Below are positions 25,679 to 38,023 of a DNA stretch of 60,000 bases, in pieces. The notes below the pieces were generated by a model. It was not told the origin of the DNA. It saw only the letters and a list, made by a program, of their open reading frames with translations, and made no database searches. Numbering within the stretch: position 1 is the stretch's first letter; each line of letters begins with the position of its first letter. Made by a program: the position numbers and the translations under genes. Source of the DNA: Lytechinus pictus (taxonomy: Eukaryota); assembly GCF_037042905.1 (NCBI RefSeq), contig NC_087251.1:2668001-2728000 (forward strand), given 5' to 3'.

Positions 25679-28618
25679 ATGGACGATGTCCCTATTAAAT
25701 GCTTAGATTCATCATATTATGAATTAAAAGACTTACCTTTGTGCAATACTTCATCTTTATCCTTTATGCATTGTAACATGAGAAGTCTTAAGAAGAATAT
25801 TGATAAACTCCATGCATGTGTAACAAATATAAATACTAATTTCTCTGTTATAGGGATAAGTGAAACATGGTTGAAAGATAATGAAAATTTATTACCAGTG
25901 TTCAGTTTAAATGGTTACAATTTTGTGAACAAAGGAAGAAAGGATCGAGCTGGTGGTGGTGTTGGTTTTTTCATTAATGATACATTGAATTATAAAATAC
26001 GTACTGACTTAAATTTATTTGTTAACGAAGTTGAAACATTATTTATTGAACTGAAGTTTAATAAACATAATGTTATTGTGGGCATTATTTATAGACCACC
26101 ATCTCAGTCAATACTTTCTTTTAAAGAATATATTGAACCAATGCTTTTTCAAATTGTTAATGAAAACAAATCCTGTTACATAATGGGAGATTTTAACATT
26201 GATCATTTTTTACACGATTCGTTACAGTCATCTGAACTTCTACAATTTATGAGTTCATATGCATTTACACCTGTTATTAGTAAACCCACCAGAGTCACGA
26301 TCGAAACTTCTACTTTGTTAGACAATATTTTTGTAAATGATTTTAATAATATTTCTTTGTCTGGTATTATAACATACCCGATAAGTGATCACATGCCCAT
26401 ATTTAGTTATACACTGTCTGATATTGATTCACCAGGGAAAAAATCATATCGCTCATCACCAAGGGTTAGAGTTATTAATGAAGAAAATATTTTATCATTT
26501 TGTTCTTCATTGCAGGACATCAATTGGAATACCGTACTTGTTGATTCCTCTAACAATCTTGATGTAAACAATATGTACGATGCATTTATGAATGTATTCA
26601 GTAGATTGTATAATACACATTTTCCTAAGCTTGAATATAAAGAAAACAAAATAAAAAGGAACCCCTGGTATAATAAATCCTTGAAAATGCTTTGTCGTAA
26701 AAAGAATTCCCTTTACCACAAGTTTATTAAAAATCCAACATCATACAGAGAAATTGTTTATAAAAAGCAACGGAATATTGTAAATTCTGCTATTAGAAAA
26801 GCTAAAAGAGATTATTATGAAAGAAAGTTTGGTTCAGTTAAAAACGATTTAAAGGGAACTTGGAAGGTAATTAATAATGTTTTGAAAAACAAAAAGAAAC
26901 CTGAATTCCCATCTCTGATGGTTGACAATACTTGTTTAACAGAACCTTGTGATATTTTGTTGCATTTTAATCAATATTTTGTTTCTATCGGAGATGGTAT
27001 TCTTGATACCATACCTCTTTGTAACAAGAATCCATCAGACTTTTTAAGTACTGTTTACCCACATTCATTTTTTTGTACAGCCATATCTGAAGCTGATGTT
27101 ATAAATGCTGTATTGGGATTAAAAGATGGCAAGAGCCCAGGGCATGATGAAATCGATAGCAGAGTTTTAAAAAAGTCAATTCATGTAATAGCTCCAGTAC
27201 TGTCACATATATTTAATATTTCCATTGAAACTGGGTGCTTTCCAGAATCTTTGAAAACAGCCAAAGTCTTGCCTTTATTTAAAAAAGGAGATAAACATTT
27301 GTGTACAAACTATCGTCCAGTTTCACTTTTATCTATTTTCTCAAAGGTATTTGAAAAATTAGTTTATAACAAACTAATGTCCTTCATAAACAAACATAAT
27401 ATATTATACAATAAACAATTTGGATTTCGATCCGGACATTCTACATGCATGGCTCTGTTGGAATTTATTGAAAATCTCAATACAGCATTTGAAAACAAAA
27501 ACATTGGATTGGGTATATTTCTGGACTTGTCAAAAGCTTTTGACTCAATAAATCACAAAGTTCTATTATATAAACTTCATCATTATGGTATAAGAGGTAC
27601 TTTTTTAGAATGGTTTAAGAGTTATTTGAGTAACAGACAACAGTTTGTATCCATCAATGGTATAAATTCTCCATTACTGCAAATAAACACAGGCGTGCCG
27701 CAAGGTTCAATCCTCGGCCCCTTGTTATTTTTATTATATATCAATGATGTCCAATATGTTAGTCACCAACTGTGCCCTATTATTTTTGCAGATGATACAA
27801 GTTTTTTTTTGTCAGGTAAAAGTATTGTCGATTTAAATTCTATCCTGAATGTAGAAATACCTAGGATCGAAGAGTGGTTTCTTGTAAATAAGTTGGTTAT
27901 TAACTCTTCTAAGACAAATTATATGATATTCAAAACAAAAAATAAGAAACTTCTTGACAATCTTAGTGATATCTACTTAAACGATAAAAACATATTACAA
28001 GTTTCTACAATTAATTTTCTTGGAATCACTCTTGATGAAAACCTGTCATGGTCTTCTCATGTAAATGTAATTTTACAAAAAATATCTTGTGCTATTGGTG
28101 TTATATTTAGAATAAGACATTTCATACCACGTCAAATTCTATTATACATTTATAATGCAACAATTTTACCACATTTATCTTACTGCACAATGACTTGGGG
28201 TAGCTGTGCTCAAACACATTTAAATAGAGTCTTTGTCTTACAGAAGAGAGCATTAAGAGCAATTAATAACTCCAACCCTAGAACACCATCTGGACCTTTA
28301 TTCTATAAGTTTAAAGTTCTTAAAATTTTTGATATTTACAATTTACAAATAGCATCTTTTATGTATATGTTTGAGCACCAGTTGCTTCCTCCTATATTCA
28401 CAAAATACTTTAAATTGACTTCAAATGTCCATTCATATTCAACAAGACAATCCAGTGATTTATATTTACCTTTGTTGAATTATGAATCTTCTAGAAATTC
28501 TGTAAAATATGCTGGAGTTATTTTATGGAACAAAATACCTAAAGAAATAAAAAGATGCCCATCTCTTGCCTCTTTCAAAAACAGATATAAAAAATTCCTT
28601 ATTGATGCCTATAAATAA
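25679..28618 (+). CDS. LINE ORF2p: APE endonuclease plus reverse transcriptase
   Basis: Uninterrupted ORF, first ATG at 25679. APE motifs ISETWL, IYRPP, IMGDFN, SDHMP. RT motifs NYRPVSLL, FLDLSKAFD, GVPQGSILGPLLF, FADD. CR1/L2-type C-terminus LWNKIP...SFK. Confidence 0.96.
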   Translation: MDDVPIKCLDSSYYELKDLPLCNTSSLSFMHCNMRSLKKNIDKLHACVTNINTNFSVIGISETWLKDNENLLPVFSLNGYNFVNKGRKDRAGGGVGFFINDTLNYKIRTDLNLFVNEVETLFIELKFNKHNVIVGIIYRPPSQSILSFKEYIEPMLFQIVNENKSCYIMGDFNIDHFLHDSLQSSELLQFMSSYAFTPVISKPTRVTIETSTLLDNIFVNDFNNISLSGIITYPISDHMPIFSYTLSDIDSPGKKSYRSSPRVRVINEENILSFCSSLQDINWNTVLVDSSNNLDVNNMYDAFMNVFSRLYNTHFPKLEYKENKIKRNPWYNKSLKMLCRKKNSLYHKFIKNPTSYREIVYKKQRNIVNSAIRKAKRDYYERKFGSVKNDLKGTWKVINNVLKNKKKPEFPSLMVDNTCLTEPCDILLHFNQYFVSIGDGILDTIPLCNKNPSDFLSTVYPHSFFCTAISEADVINAVLGLKDGKSPGHDEIDSRVLKKSIHVIAPVLSHIFNISIETGCFPESLKTAKVLPLFKKGDKHLCTNYRPVSLLSIFSKVFEKLVYNKLMSFINKHNILYNKQFGFRSGHSTCMALLEFIENLNTAFENKNIGLGIFLDLSKAFDSINHKVLLYKLHHYGIRGTFLEWFKSYLSNRQQFVSINGINSPLLQINTGVPQGSILGPLLFLLYINDVQYVSHQLCPIIFADDTSFFLSGKSIVDLNSILNVEIPRIEEWFLVNKLVINSSKTNYMIFKTKNKKLLDNLSDIYLNDKNILQVSTINFLGITLDENLSWSSHVNVILQKISCAIGVIFRIRHFIPRQILLYIYNATILPHLSYCTMTWGSCAQTHLNRVFVLQKRALRAINNSNPRTPSGPLFYKFKVLKIFDIYNLQIASFMYMFEHQLLPPIFTKYFKLTSNVHSYSTRQSSDLYLPLLNYESSRNSVKYAGVILWNKIPKEIKRCPSLASFKNRYKKFLIDAYK

Positions 28619-29423
28619 ATTTGAAAATAAGTTGTATTGCCTTATATCATCCACCCATATAATTATGTTTATAGTACTTTCTCTTTCTCTTCTATGATTA
28701 TTATGATTATATTATGGTCTCGGGAGCCCAGCCTTAGAAAGGCCATTGGCCTATGCTGGCTCCCTCATATTCTCATTTATTCTCTTGTTAAATGTATTTC
28801 TATTTTTGTATCTTTATTTGTATATAGTGTATTCTTTGATTTGTATGTTGTATGTTTTTTAATGAGAATTTGGAATAAATAAATGAAATGAAAAAATGAA
28901 ATGAAAGTAAGCATGGAGGCAACCGTGTTTTTGGCTAATCATGTATGAAAACGCTGATTCTGGCCCCGAAAAATGGAAGCATAAACACGGCCATAGATGC
29001 CAACAGTCTGTTTCTAAATGATGCAAATTATCAGTCATCCCAGCTTCTGCACAGCTTTTTTTTTACCAGGGGCTCAAGCATTCTAGGAATTTGTTCCTAC
29101 TGGTAGCAGGTAGCTTTACTTGGATGGAGAGTGGCGTATACAGATAAATGCGTTGTCAAAGGACATGAGCACTATTAGATTTATGACAGGGTATGACAGA
29201 GTTCCACGACTCAGATGCCTCTCCATTCTTCACTTTAAATCCCCCTATTTCTATCTTTTACACTAATTTTTTTTTTTTGAGGGGGTTGATTTTTTATTGC
29301 CCCCTGCAGTCCACCCTATGGCACTGCCGTTGATTACAATCATTATCTGCACCCATTATTTCTTATTTAACCTTCCAGACCTGATGGAATGTTAATAAAA
29401 CAATTCTAACCTAAATCTCGCCT

Positions 29424-30034
29424 TTAAAGGGATGCTCCAGGCTGAAGATATTTATATCCCAATAAATAGAGTAAAATTTACAGAGCAATATGCTGAAAAT
29501 TTGATCAAAATCAGAAAACAAATAACAAAATTATTGAATTTGCATTTGCATTTCTCCAGTGAAACAGTTCTAGGCCTGTCTTCATGAATATTCATTAAGT
29601 GGGCTGATGATGCCATATCCCCACTTGTTCTTTTGTATTTAATTATATGAAATTTGGTTAATTCAAAAAAATTTATACCAAGAACTAAATCAGTGGGATT
29701 TACAACTGATTAAGTACATTAGTTATTTCTTGCTGCAACTTATTTCATCATAATGGAGACACATCATTTACACATATATGAAAAAATGAAACAATTATGA
29801 TTTCATGTAATAACATAAGAAAAAGGAAAGTGGGGATGTAACATCATGCAGCCCACCTAATGAATATTCATGAAGACTCGCCAAGAACTGTTTCACCGGA
29901 ATAATGTACATCTTTGAAATTCAATAACTTCGTTATTTGTCATCCGATTTTTAAGAAATTTTCAGCATTTTGCTCTGTGAATTTCACTCTATTTATTTAG
30001 AAAAAAACATCTTCAGCCCAGAGCATCCCTTTAA
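29424..30034. mobile_element. Kolobok-like MITE family C
   Basis: TTAA|AGGGATGCTC..GGCTGAAGAT...ATCTTCAGCC..GAGCATCCCT|TTAA. Related to the 52235 copy. Confidence 0.85.
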
Positions 30035-30647
30035 ACAAGGCCCTGTGTCCGTCATGATATTTATATTAAATGCTTACCGACTGGAAAAAAAAGACTATTC
30101 GCGAAAAACCGGGTGAAATGCGAGGATTGCATGCCCAGTCACAGGGCCTCTAGGAACCCGACTAGGATTTCTTATGTTAATCATGTTTACGACTTGCGAT
30201 TATCAATGAGCGTATCGTTCAAATCAATGAACCCTGTATGATCCCGTACCACAGAAGTGAACGTTGCCGGTCCCATGACATCATCAACACCGAAGGTGCG
30301 GAATGGCGCATTAGCATGCTCATGAATAATGCATACATTTATGTCTCCTACGGATTCCAAAAGCCCTCACGACCATAAAAGTTGCTCGATCTTAAGCTCA
30401 CCCGGGTTGCGTAAATTCTTTAGTCTTCTCTTGGCCTCTAATTGATGAGAAATGCAGCCAAGTTGCAAGGCCATGTCAAAAGGCTGACCGAAATCTAACA
30501 TTCAACCTATACCCCTTTAATGCAAATCACCCAAAACATTCTGGACCAAGTCTGGATTAGAATATCTGTGAACCTGTTAATAAAAATTGTGCAGATGAAT
30601 TCAGAAGAAGTCTGTGTTTTCATGAGTGAAGCAGCAAAATAACTCAT

Positions 30648-32315
30648 AACTAGAATTTTAATTCGTCATGAGGACGAATTAGGTGATCTGTCTCTGATTT
30701 CATGATCAAGAAGACAATCAGCATGTTTATTGAGATCAATAAGATCATCACGATGAAAACTGAACTTCTCTTATGAAAAGAACGTGTTGAATAATCTTGA
30801 AAAAGAGGGAGATGAAAAAGATGTGTGAAAAATGTAGGTCATACACATAATTGTACAGGAACATTGTACATTAAAAGGGATTTTAATCTCTTTTATTGTC
30901 TAATGTTTTATTTTATATACATTGTAATGGTCTTTAAGGACCATTTGTGAAATGTTGAAAAGAAAAAAAAAAGAAAAAAAAAATTCTCATGTTCACCCCT
31001 GCCCCCTGGGCTCGATCCCTGGACCCTAAGGACGCAAGTCTCATGCCTTACCCATTGAGCTACACACTTCCCATAGACTTTACACATAAGCAAAACAAGA
31101 GGATCTCAAATCCAATTTTGCAAGTGAAATACGGGCATGATCCCGGCATCTGATCGGAAAATGGAGACCACAATTGCGATAGCTTACAATCTCAGCTACA
31201 TCATACTTCAAGCTCAGACAAAACCGACTGAAAGAAATGGAGATATGGCTCGCGAAATAGAGGAATGTAAAATCCAGTTTTGAGAAAAAGTCATTTCCCA
31301 TAGAGATTGCACACAAAATGAGCGAAAATGGCATGTCTCTATAACTTGCCATTTTTCAGGATGATCCGTTCCTTTAAATGTAAATATAGCCATCAAATAA
31401 GAAAGAGTATGTCCTTAGCTACAACATATTAAAAAATGAGCGAAAATTGGCCAATATTTACAGAGTTAGAGTCAAATATGCATGATTATGATGACGTCAT
31501 AAGTAGCAAAATGGGAATTTTGCGTTCCGACGCCATTTTGATGACGTCATGATAAAATTTCGGGTCATATGTGACATGAAATCATATCTCCCATTCATAC
31601 TCTATTCGAATATGAAAAAAAAATGGGGGTCAATGGACTACCTAAAGAGCTATAATGAATTTTGTATAGGCATGTTTTTGTACATACATTGTCTATGGTT
31701 AGTGCGCGCGCGCGCGCATGCTGTAATCTTTGATGGAGGCTAATTCCATTATTACTTGTCGTAGAAGGTTGATCAAGGTATCAAATTGTTCAGAATTATA
31801 TTATCGGTGCATTGATGTGAAAAAAGACGGCGATTCTATGTTGCGTAATGCTGTTACGCGTAACCGTGCGCACGCGCACATTTTTGAAATGCTTAAAATG
31901 ACCTGATTCATACTCTACTTTGGTCAAAAAGTGATTTTGAGCATTTTAAAATTTTGACGCGCGCGTCGTGACCTTTACATGACCTTTGATGACATGGACA
32001 GTTGACCCTTGACCTGAAGTTAATGGGATGTAAATCTGGTTAATTTTTGATAATTGATAATGAAGATATGATTGATAATGTGAATTTACAAAATGGCGTC
32101 TAGATGACGTCATGATGACCTTTTGACCTTGAACTGGTGTCATACAGATGACATGATAACTCCCCATATCTGATGATATTTTGAAGATAATTGATGATGT
32201 AGATTTTGAGATTTCATGGCAACAAGAAAAGGGCGGAAAAATAAAAATAAATAAATAAAAAAGAAAATTCGTACGAAATTAATAGTTGATCTGTCGATTG
32301 ACAGATCACCTAATT
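30648..32315 (+). mobile_element. Helentron/HINE-like non-autonomous rolling-circle element
   Basis: Starts AACTAGA plus hairpin AATTCGTC-ATGAG-GACGAATT. Subterminal 16-bp IR AATTAGGTGATCTGTC (30677-30692) vs GACAGATCACCTAATT (32300-32315). 3' hairpin TGATCTGTC-GATT-GACAGATCA and internal TGACCTTTGA motifs. Confidence 0.65.
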
Positions 32316-34030
32316 ATTATCATAGTAACCAGCAAATGTTGAAGAACTGGAAATTTAATGTTTAATAAAATGGTTTGCGCATAATTCAGAGCCACAGGAA
32401 ATTTTAAGATGAGGTCGAGTTGGATCTCCTAATAGCAATTAATTCTCAAATAGTTCGGACTGTTCTGGTTTGAAACCTTTCATGAAAAGAGTAGTCCACA
32501 TCCACAATTCATGAAAGTGGTACAAGTAAAACATTTAAACTTTTCTGAGGAGCTCAGCCGAAATAAATCTCATAGTCAAAGAAAACAATGCATGACTGCA
32601 CATAATTCAATTTAGGCCTTCATATGAAATATCAGTTCAAATTCACAAATCCTAAACAATGTTGGACAAATCTCTGGAATACCCCTGGAGTGATCCCATT
32701 TCATTTCTGGTATGTTTGTCATCTCTTCAATGAACAAATTGGTTGAATTGGTTCCATGACAATTGCTCCGATGGATACGCATCAAGTCAAACCTAAAACC
32801 TAACCTCCAAACTAAATAAACTCTATGTTATGCGACGAGTCAGGTGTGTTGCTATGTCAGAAAAGAAATTATCTTGTTAGGCATGTTTCTAACCTTGGGA
32901 AACTAGCTCTGACTCTACAGTAACTGTACCCACACCAATATCATGGGCATCCTCGCTTCTACAATTTAGTTAAATGTAAAGTTTTGAAAATTGAACGACT
33001 AAAGTTCATCAATTTCATCTGGCATTCTCCAATTATCAAAGTGGCACTGTATGAAGGATGCCGCAATGAGTACACTCTACATGCATACTGTTGGTCTTGA
33101 TTTCTAAATTTGGATTGGATTCCTCTCTATTCCTTTCTACTTTCTTTGGGTTGGTTATTTTGGAGAACAATTGCAATTTGTTGATGGCATTACATGTCAG
33201 TAAGTGTATGGTCTCCCGCTGAGTCTCAAATCTCAATGGTAACCCAAACCACTCACTTACCTTACAGATTCAACCTGTTACCATGTGTACAAGTAATGTT
33301 CACACTGTCACACATTTCTCATGTGGAAGATGATTAATGTATAGAATGTTTCAATACTTTTTAATCTTTATTAACAATCAACTAGAATGACGGGCCTATA
33401 GAACAGAAAATAAATGTATAGTGATAACAAAATTGAAAAAAAGTTTTGTTATTCAAGTATTAATTGCTAATTCATTCTCTCTTCCTCATTGTACATGGAC
33501 ATGATATGAGAATCATTGATAAGGAAGTATATTTATAAATCCTGAGTCACTCCTGTCATATTTCCACTTACAATATAAATCTGAAACTTATCACTCTTCT
33601 GTTAAATTGTCAGAGAGTTTATGAAACAGCATCAACCTCGGCTAGTCTCCAAAACTTGAGTTGGAGATAATCACGTTCAAAGTTTTCATTGTTTTCTGAT
33701 GCTCACAGCTTCCTGCTTTGAAGGAAACCACATCAATTATTTAAAGAATAAATAGTATAAATTCTATCATTTCATAATATGACAATTTTGTTAAAATTTC
33801 GAATTTATATTTGTTAATATTTTAAACGAGGTGCAGGCCTGCATTGCAGAAACTGATTACTTTAATGAAAAACAGGAAATAAGTCAATCCATAACATCAT
33901 GCGTATCAAAAATTAAAAAATTGACAAAAAATTAGGTTCTCTCCTGTTAGTAATATCATCAATAAATTATTCAGAGATGAATGCTCTTGTTTAATAAGGA
34001 CTTGCTTCAATATTAGTAATCGGTCCAAGA

Positions 34031-34117
34031 TAATTCATGTCCTACTAAAATGTCTATTTTAATTCATGTCCTACTAAAATGTCTATTTTAATTCATGTCC
34101 TACTAAAATGTCTATTT
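34031..34117. repeat. 29-bp tandem repeat x3
   Basis: TAATTCATGTCCTACTAAAATGTCTATTT at 34031, 34060 and 34089. Confidence 0.92.
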
Positions 34118-35406
34118 TTTATGCTGAGACCATAAAAATCATATAGATCTTATCAAAATCCTTAACCACAAAAAATAGGGGAACAGGAGAAGATTTGATA
34201 TTATCAGCAGATTGTCTACATTGTAAATTATAGGCCTAATAATAAGCATGGCTGCTTCGGTGCATTCAAGGAATTTCTTCCTAACAGGTACTAATTTACT
34301 ACACCTGGGTGGAGAATGGCAAATGTAGATAATGCCTTGCCAAAGGACACGGGTGCTGTGGTGGTAATCAAATCCCTGACCTCATGATTAACATCCATAA
34401 CATCTCTGCATATAACCTGCATACAATTTCCACCTTGCATGAATAACATACTTGAACTATAAACATAAATTCTAGCTGTGGTAAAGATCCCAAAACGTTC
34501 AAGTGTTCATAAATTTATGTAACATGTATGAAATCAAAATGGTGTAATTGCTATTAAAGAAAAGAGCAAATTAAGAGCGAGTAAATGAATGAATCTTACA
34601 ACAGAATTCAAAACTGCTTTTGGGTTGTATTATCAGGCATTACTAATTTACAATGGGGGACTATGAAACTTATTTACCACTTAAAACAACAACTTTATAT
34701 TCATGAAGAAGAGGTAGAAAATGCTTGGATAATACCCATGAAAGTATCATTAAGTAATGACTCCCATAGGAGTTACCCCACAAGGGAAAATAAGATGCTG
34801 TATATGGGCATGAAATGACTCCTTAGGGGTGGGAGGAACATAAAACCAATGTCAATTCCAAATGAGTTCACCATAAATTGTGGGAAATAAATTATCAATG
34901 CAATTTCAAACAGTTTGGACAGGAAACGCAATCCACCAAAAAAAAAGGACATGATTTTTGTTGTTGTTACTTAAAGTTCCTGCAAAATACTGATCGAATC
35001 AATTGATTGTAATATGGTATTCCTCGTAAAAGATGAATACTGGACTATGAACTAAATTAAACTACTCACCTTGTCGACATTTTGCACACCCTCACCAAAA
35101 ATGAATAAATAAAAAAATCAAATCAAAACCAAATAACAGATCAATGTAATAAAATCTTCATCAAGCACACTTAGCACAGTATATACTACCCAATCCAAAA
35201 TGTGAAAAAGGTACACGAAGTATACATATTCAGGTTACGTAATACATATGATCAATTACTAGTATAACTTTAAATCAATAGAAAACGGTTACATAATACA
35301 TATGTACAGAAAGAAGTCTCATCCCTGTAACCTCAGTTCATCATAAGTAGGGCTTTGATTAGAAACCAAAATTATAAGCCCAAGAATATATGTAAATTGT
35401 AACAGA

Positions 35407-35853
35407 AGTTGGTTTCAAACCGCCTCGATCATAAGAATCCCCGTTAAATTACGAGAACTTTTTTAGGCTAAAAAATACCCATTGATTATTCCTGCATTCA
35501 CACCGCCCCGAAACATACCCTTCGGAATAAATTCCTGAAGTTAGGAGCATGCGCAGTATGGTCTGATAGGCAGGCAAGGCGCGAGATTCAAAACCACTAG
35601 CTCAGCAGCCACCCACGGCGCCCGCGCCCAACTACATGCTGGGCTAAAGGTTCCCTGCGACCTTAGAAAAATCCCCTCGAAAGTTCTCGTAATTTTGCCA
35701 AGTACCTACTATTTAGTGGGTATTTTCTTTCGGGGATATTACACGTAATTTGCTTTCACATTGCCAATATTACCTGGTATTTTCTGATCAGGTAAATTTC
35801 CCGATCACAAAATACCTGGAACTGACGAACTTCGAGGCGGTCTGAAACCACCT
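35407..35853. mobile_element. TIR MITE (family E), copy 1
   Basis: TIR AG(G/T)TGGTTTCA(G/A)ACCGCCTCGA. Inverted relative to the copy at 38024. Confidence 0.8.
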
Positions 35854-35883
35854 GAAGGTAAATTATCTCAAGGTGCCTTCTAA

Positions 35884-37235
35884 CATGCTTTTCACACTGC
35901 ACTTTTTGTCCTAAATTGGTGGGGCTAAGGGGGGGTCTTAGCCCCACCAATTTCCCGGGGTTAAGCTTAGCCCACTTCGTTTTCACACTACGTTTTAGCA
36001 TGGACCTATTACGAATGGACATTCAACGAGAGTATTTTATGACCACCACCTGTTTCCAGCTGTCAAAATCGCTGTCTAACCCTTAACTTTCTCTTTACGC
36101 GGTTTTTACGACCACCGCCCGGGGCGATTGTTTACACAAGCTCCTTTCGCCCATTGATCGTCACCGATCGATCACTGGCCCTCTTTCGACCAAAGGCGGT
36201 CATGTTTTAGCCCCGATTGCCAAAAGGGAAAGTCCCTACATTACCTAGAATGCAATGCGCAATTCATATCCGGTTTTTCAGTACATTATTTTAGGCTGTC
36301 TATAATGTGCGATTGTCGTCTGTCCATCAAAAAAAATCCTGTTAAATTTCATCAATCCTGTGGAATTTTATGCCCAAATGAAAATCAACTTCTGACCGAA
36401 GGTAAGCGCTACTATCGACATCAATACTGTCCGAAAAAGATGAAATTTTAACGTTTTTCCGCAGATTTTTTCGTCAAATTTCAAGTGCTTTTTTGCCATA
36501 GATATACGGATCTGCAAGGTGATGTCAATGCATTTCATTTCCGGTTGTTAGCGATGTACGTAAAAAATACGTTTATGCACGCCCGTTTTCTTGTTTCTGC
36601 TATCATTTTCATAGCGCTAACGTTCGCTGCTGTGCGTTGCTGTTGATAAAGTGAACGAACAACATCGCAATGTGTAGGAGCAGCGTACAATTGATTTCCG
36701 CTGTCCATCAGTGAGAGCATGGTGAGAGCGTTTTTTACGACCGGCTTGATGGGTGTCAGCTGCCAGCGCTCTGTTTATAAAAGGATTAGCGGCGACGGTC
36801 TCTGTGTCAAAGGAGGGGATTCGTTGAATGTCCATTCGTAATAGGTCCATGGTTTTAGCAAAGTGGGCTAGCACGGTAAATAGTACGGTACTATCTGGCC
36901 CTGCAAAAAAGCAGGGTTAGCCGGCTTATTGTGGTGCTAGCACCACAATTGCAGTGTTAAGAGATGCAGTGTGAAACGAAACAGGGCTAAGTAAAAGCGG
37001 GGCTAAGCATTAGCCAATCACAGAAGTCGAAATCGCATGTTAATCGCGCTCTGTATGGTAAAATCATCAATATTTATGAGCTGTGTGATTGCCTGGGTTA
37101 AGGCGTTAACCCCGGCTAAGCAATAGTACGGGGTTAAGAAAGACAGTGTGAATCAAAGAAAAGATAGTATGGGGTTAAGGATAGTCCGGGGTTAAGGATA
37201 GTATGGGGTTAAGGAAATGCAGTGTAAAAAGCATA
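35884..37235. mobile_element. 1.35-kb non-autonomous PIF/Harbinger-like element
   Basis: TIR ATGCTTTTCACACTGCA / TGCAGTGTAAAAAGCAT, TAA flanks (35881-35883, 37236-37238), subterminal GGGGTTAAG/GGGGCTAAG repeats. No transposase ORF. Confidence 0.72.
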
Positions 37236-38023
37236 TAATTCGTAGATGTGAAGGTGACTTCAGGGGCAGATGTTTCATGCGTAAAAGGGATCTTACATTA
37301 GAACAGGGGGAGGCAAGTAGTAATCAAAAACTTTTTTTTCTTTTAAAACAAATCTTGAGATTAGAATGATTAAATTCATCTAAATTATTTTTGTAAGGTC
37401 CAAATGAAATTCAATGAGATCACCATGATATCCACAAATCTCTGTGAAACAAACATTTGACAATGAACTTTCACACCTTCTATGAAGCTATCTGGGTTAA
37501 CAGTATTTACATTCATTGTAGTGTAGTATCACCCTTAATGAGAGTTGACACAACTTTCTTGGCAACAAAATAAACCCAACAACAGATGTCAATGGCATGC
37601 TGCTTTGCTGTTAAAATTATTAATTGCATGTTTCCTCTCATGTTCAAACACATTAAAACAACAGAGAAAAAGACAGGAGATAAACTGAGAGAGGTGTTAC
37701 AAAGAGAGAGAGAGAGAAAGAAAGAATACAGATTTTCCAGATTATTCCTAAAGGTTATATTGGTGGCACATCCATTTGATTAGAATAACAGAAAAAAATG
37801 AATCAAGCACTAGATTGAATTGAATATAAGTGCATATTTCATTTTTATTTTAATTGAGAATGAGGAAACTATAATTTGCATAATTGGAGTAAAAATTGAA
37901 ACATGTGAAATATCACATGATAAAATTCGTTCAGCCAAAATTCTATATCACAAATCCTTCAAATTATACCCTTGTTGCTTTTTTACACATGATGGTAAAA
38001 ATCAAACAGCTTCATTTCAAAGT

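Larger units (their letters stand above)
24051..28907 (+). mobile_element. Full-length non-LTR retrotransposon (LINE, CR1/L2 group, Crack-like)
   Basis: 5' UTR, ORF1, spacer, intact APE-RT ORF2, 3' UTR stem-loop at 28722-28764 and (ATGAA)n-type tail. AAATGAAAG duplicated at 24051-24059 and 28899-28907. Confidence 0.93.
23337..28992. mobile_element. Non-autonomous TIR element (PIF/Harbinger-like) interrupted by the LINE
   Basis: Left end GGGTGTGTTTATCTTCC..CAGAATCAGCGTTTTCA is inverted to right end TGAAAACGCTGATTCTG..GGAAGCATAAACACGGCC. ATA on both flanks. Confidence 0.65.

Noticed and set aside
25652..28618. RT ORF as a retron, group II intron or other prokaryotic RT system
   Set aside because: N-terminal APE domain, upstream ORF1, tandem-repeat tail and TSD identify an ordinary eukaryotic LINE.
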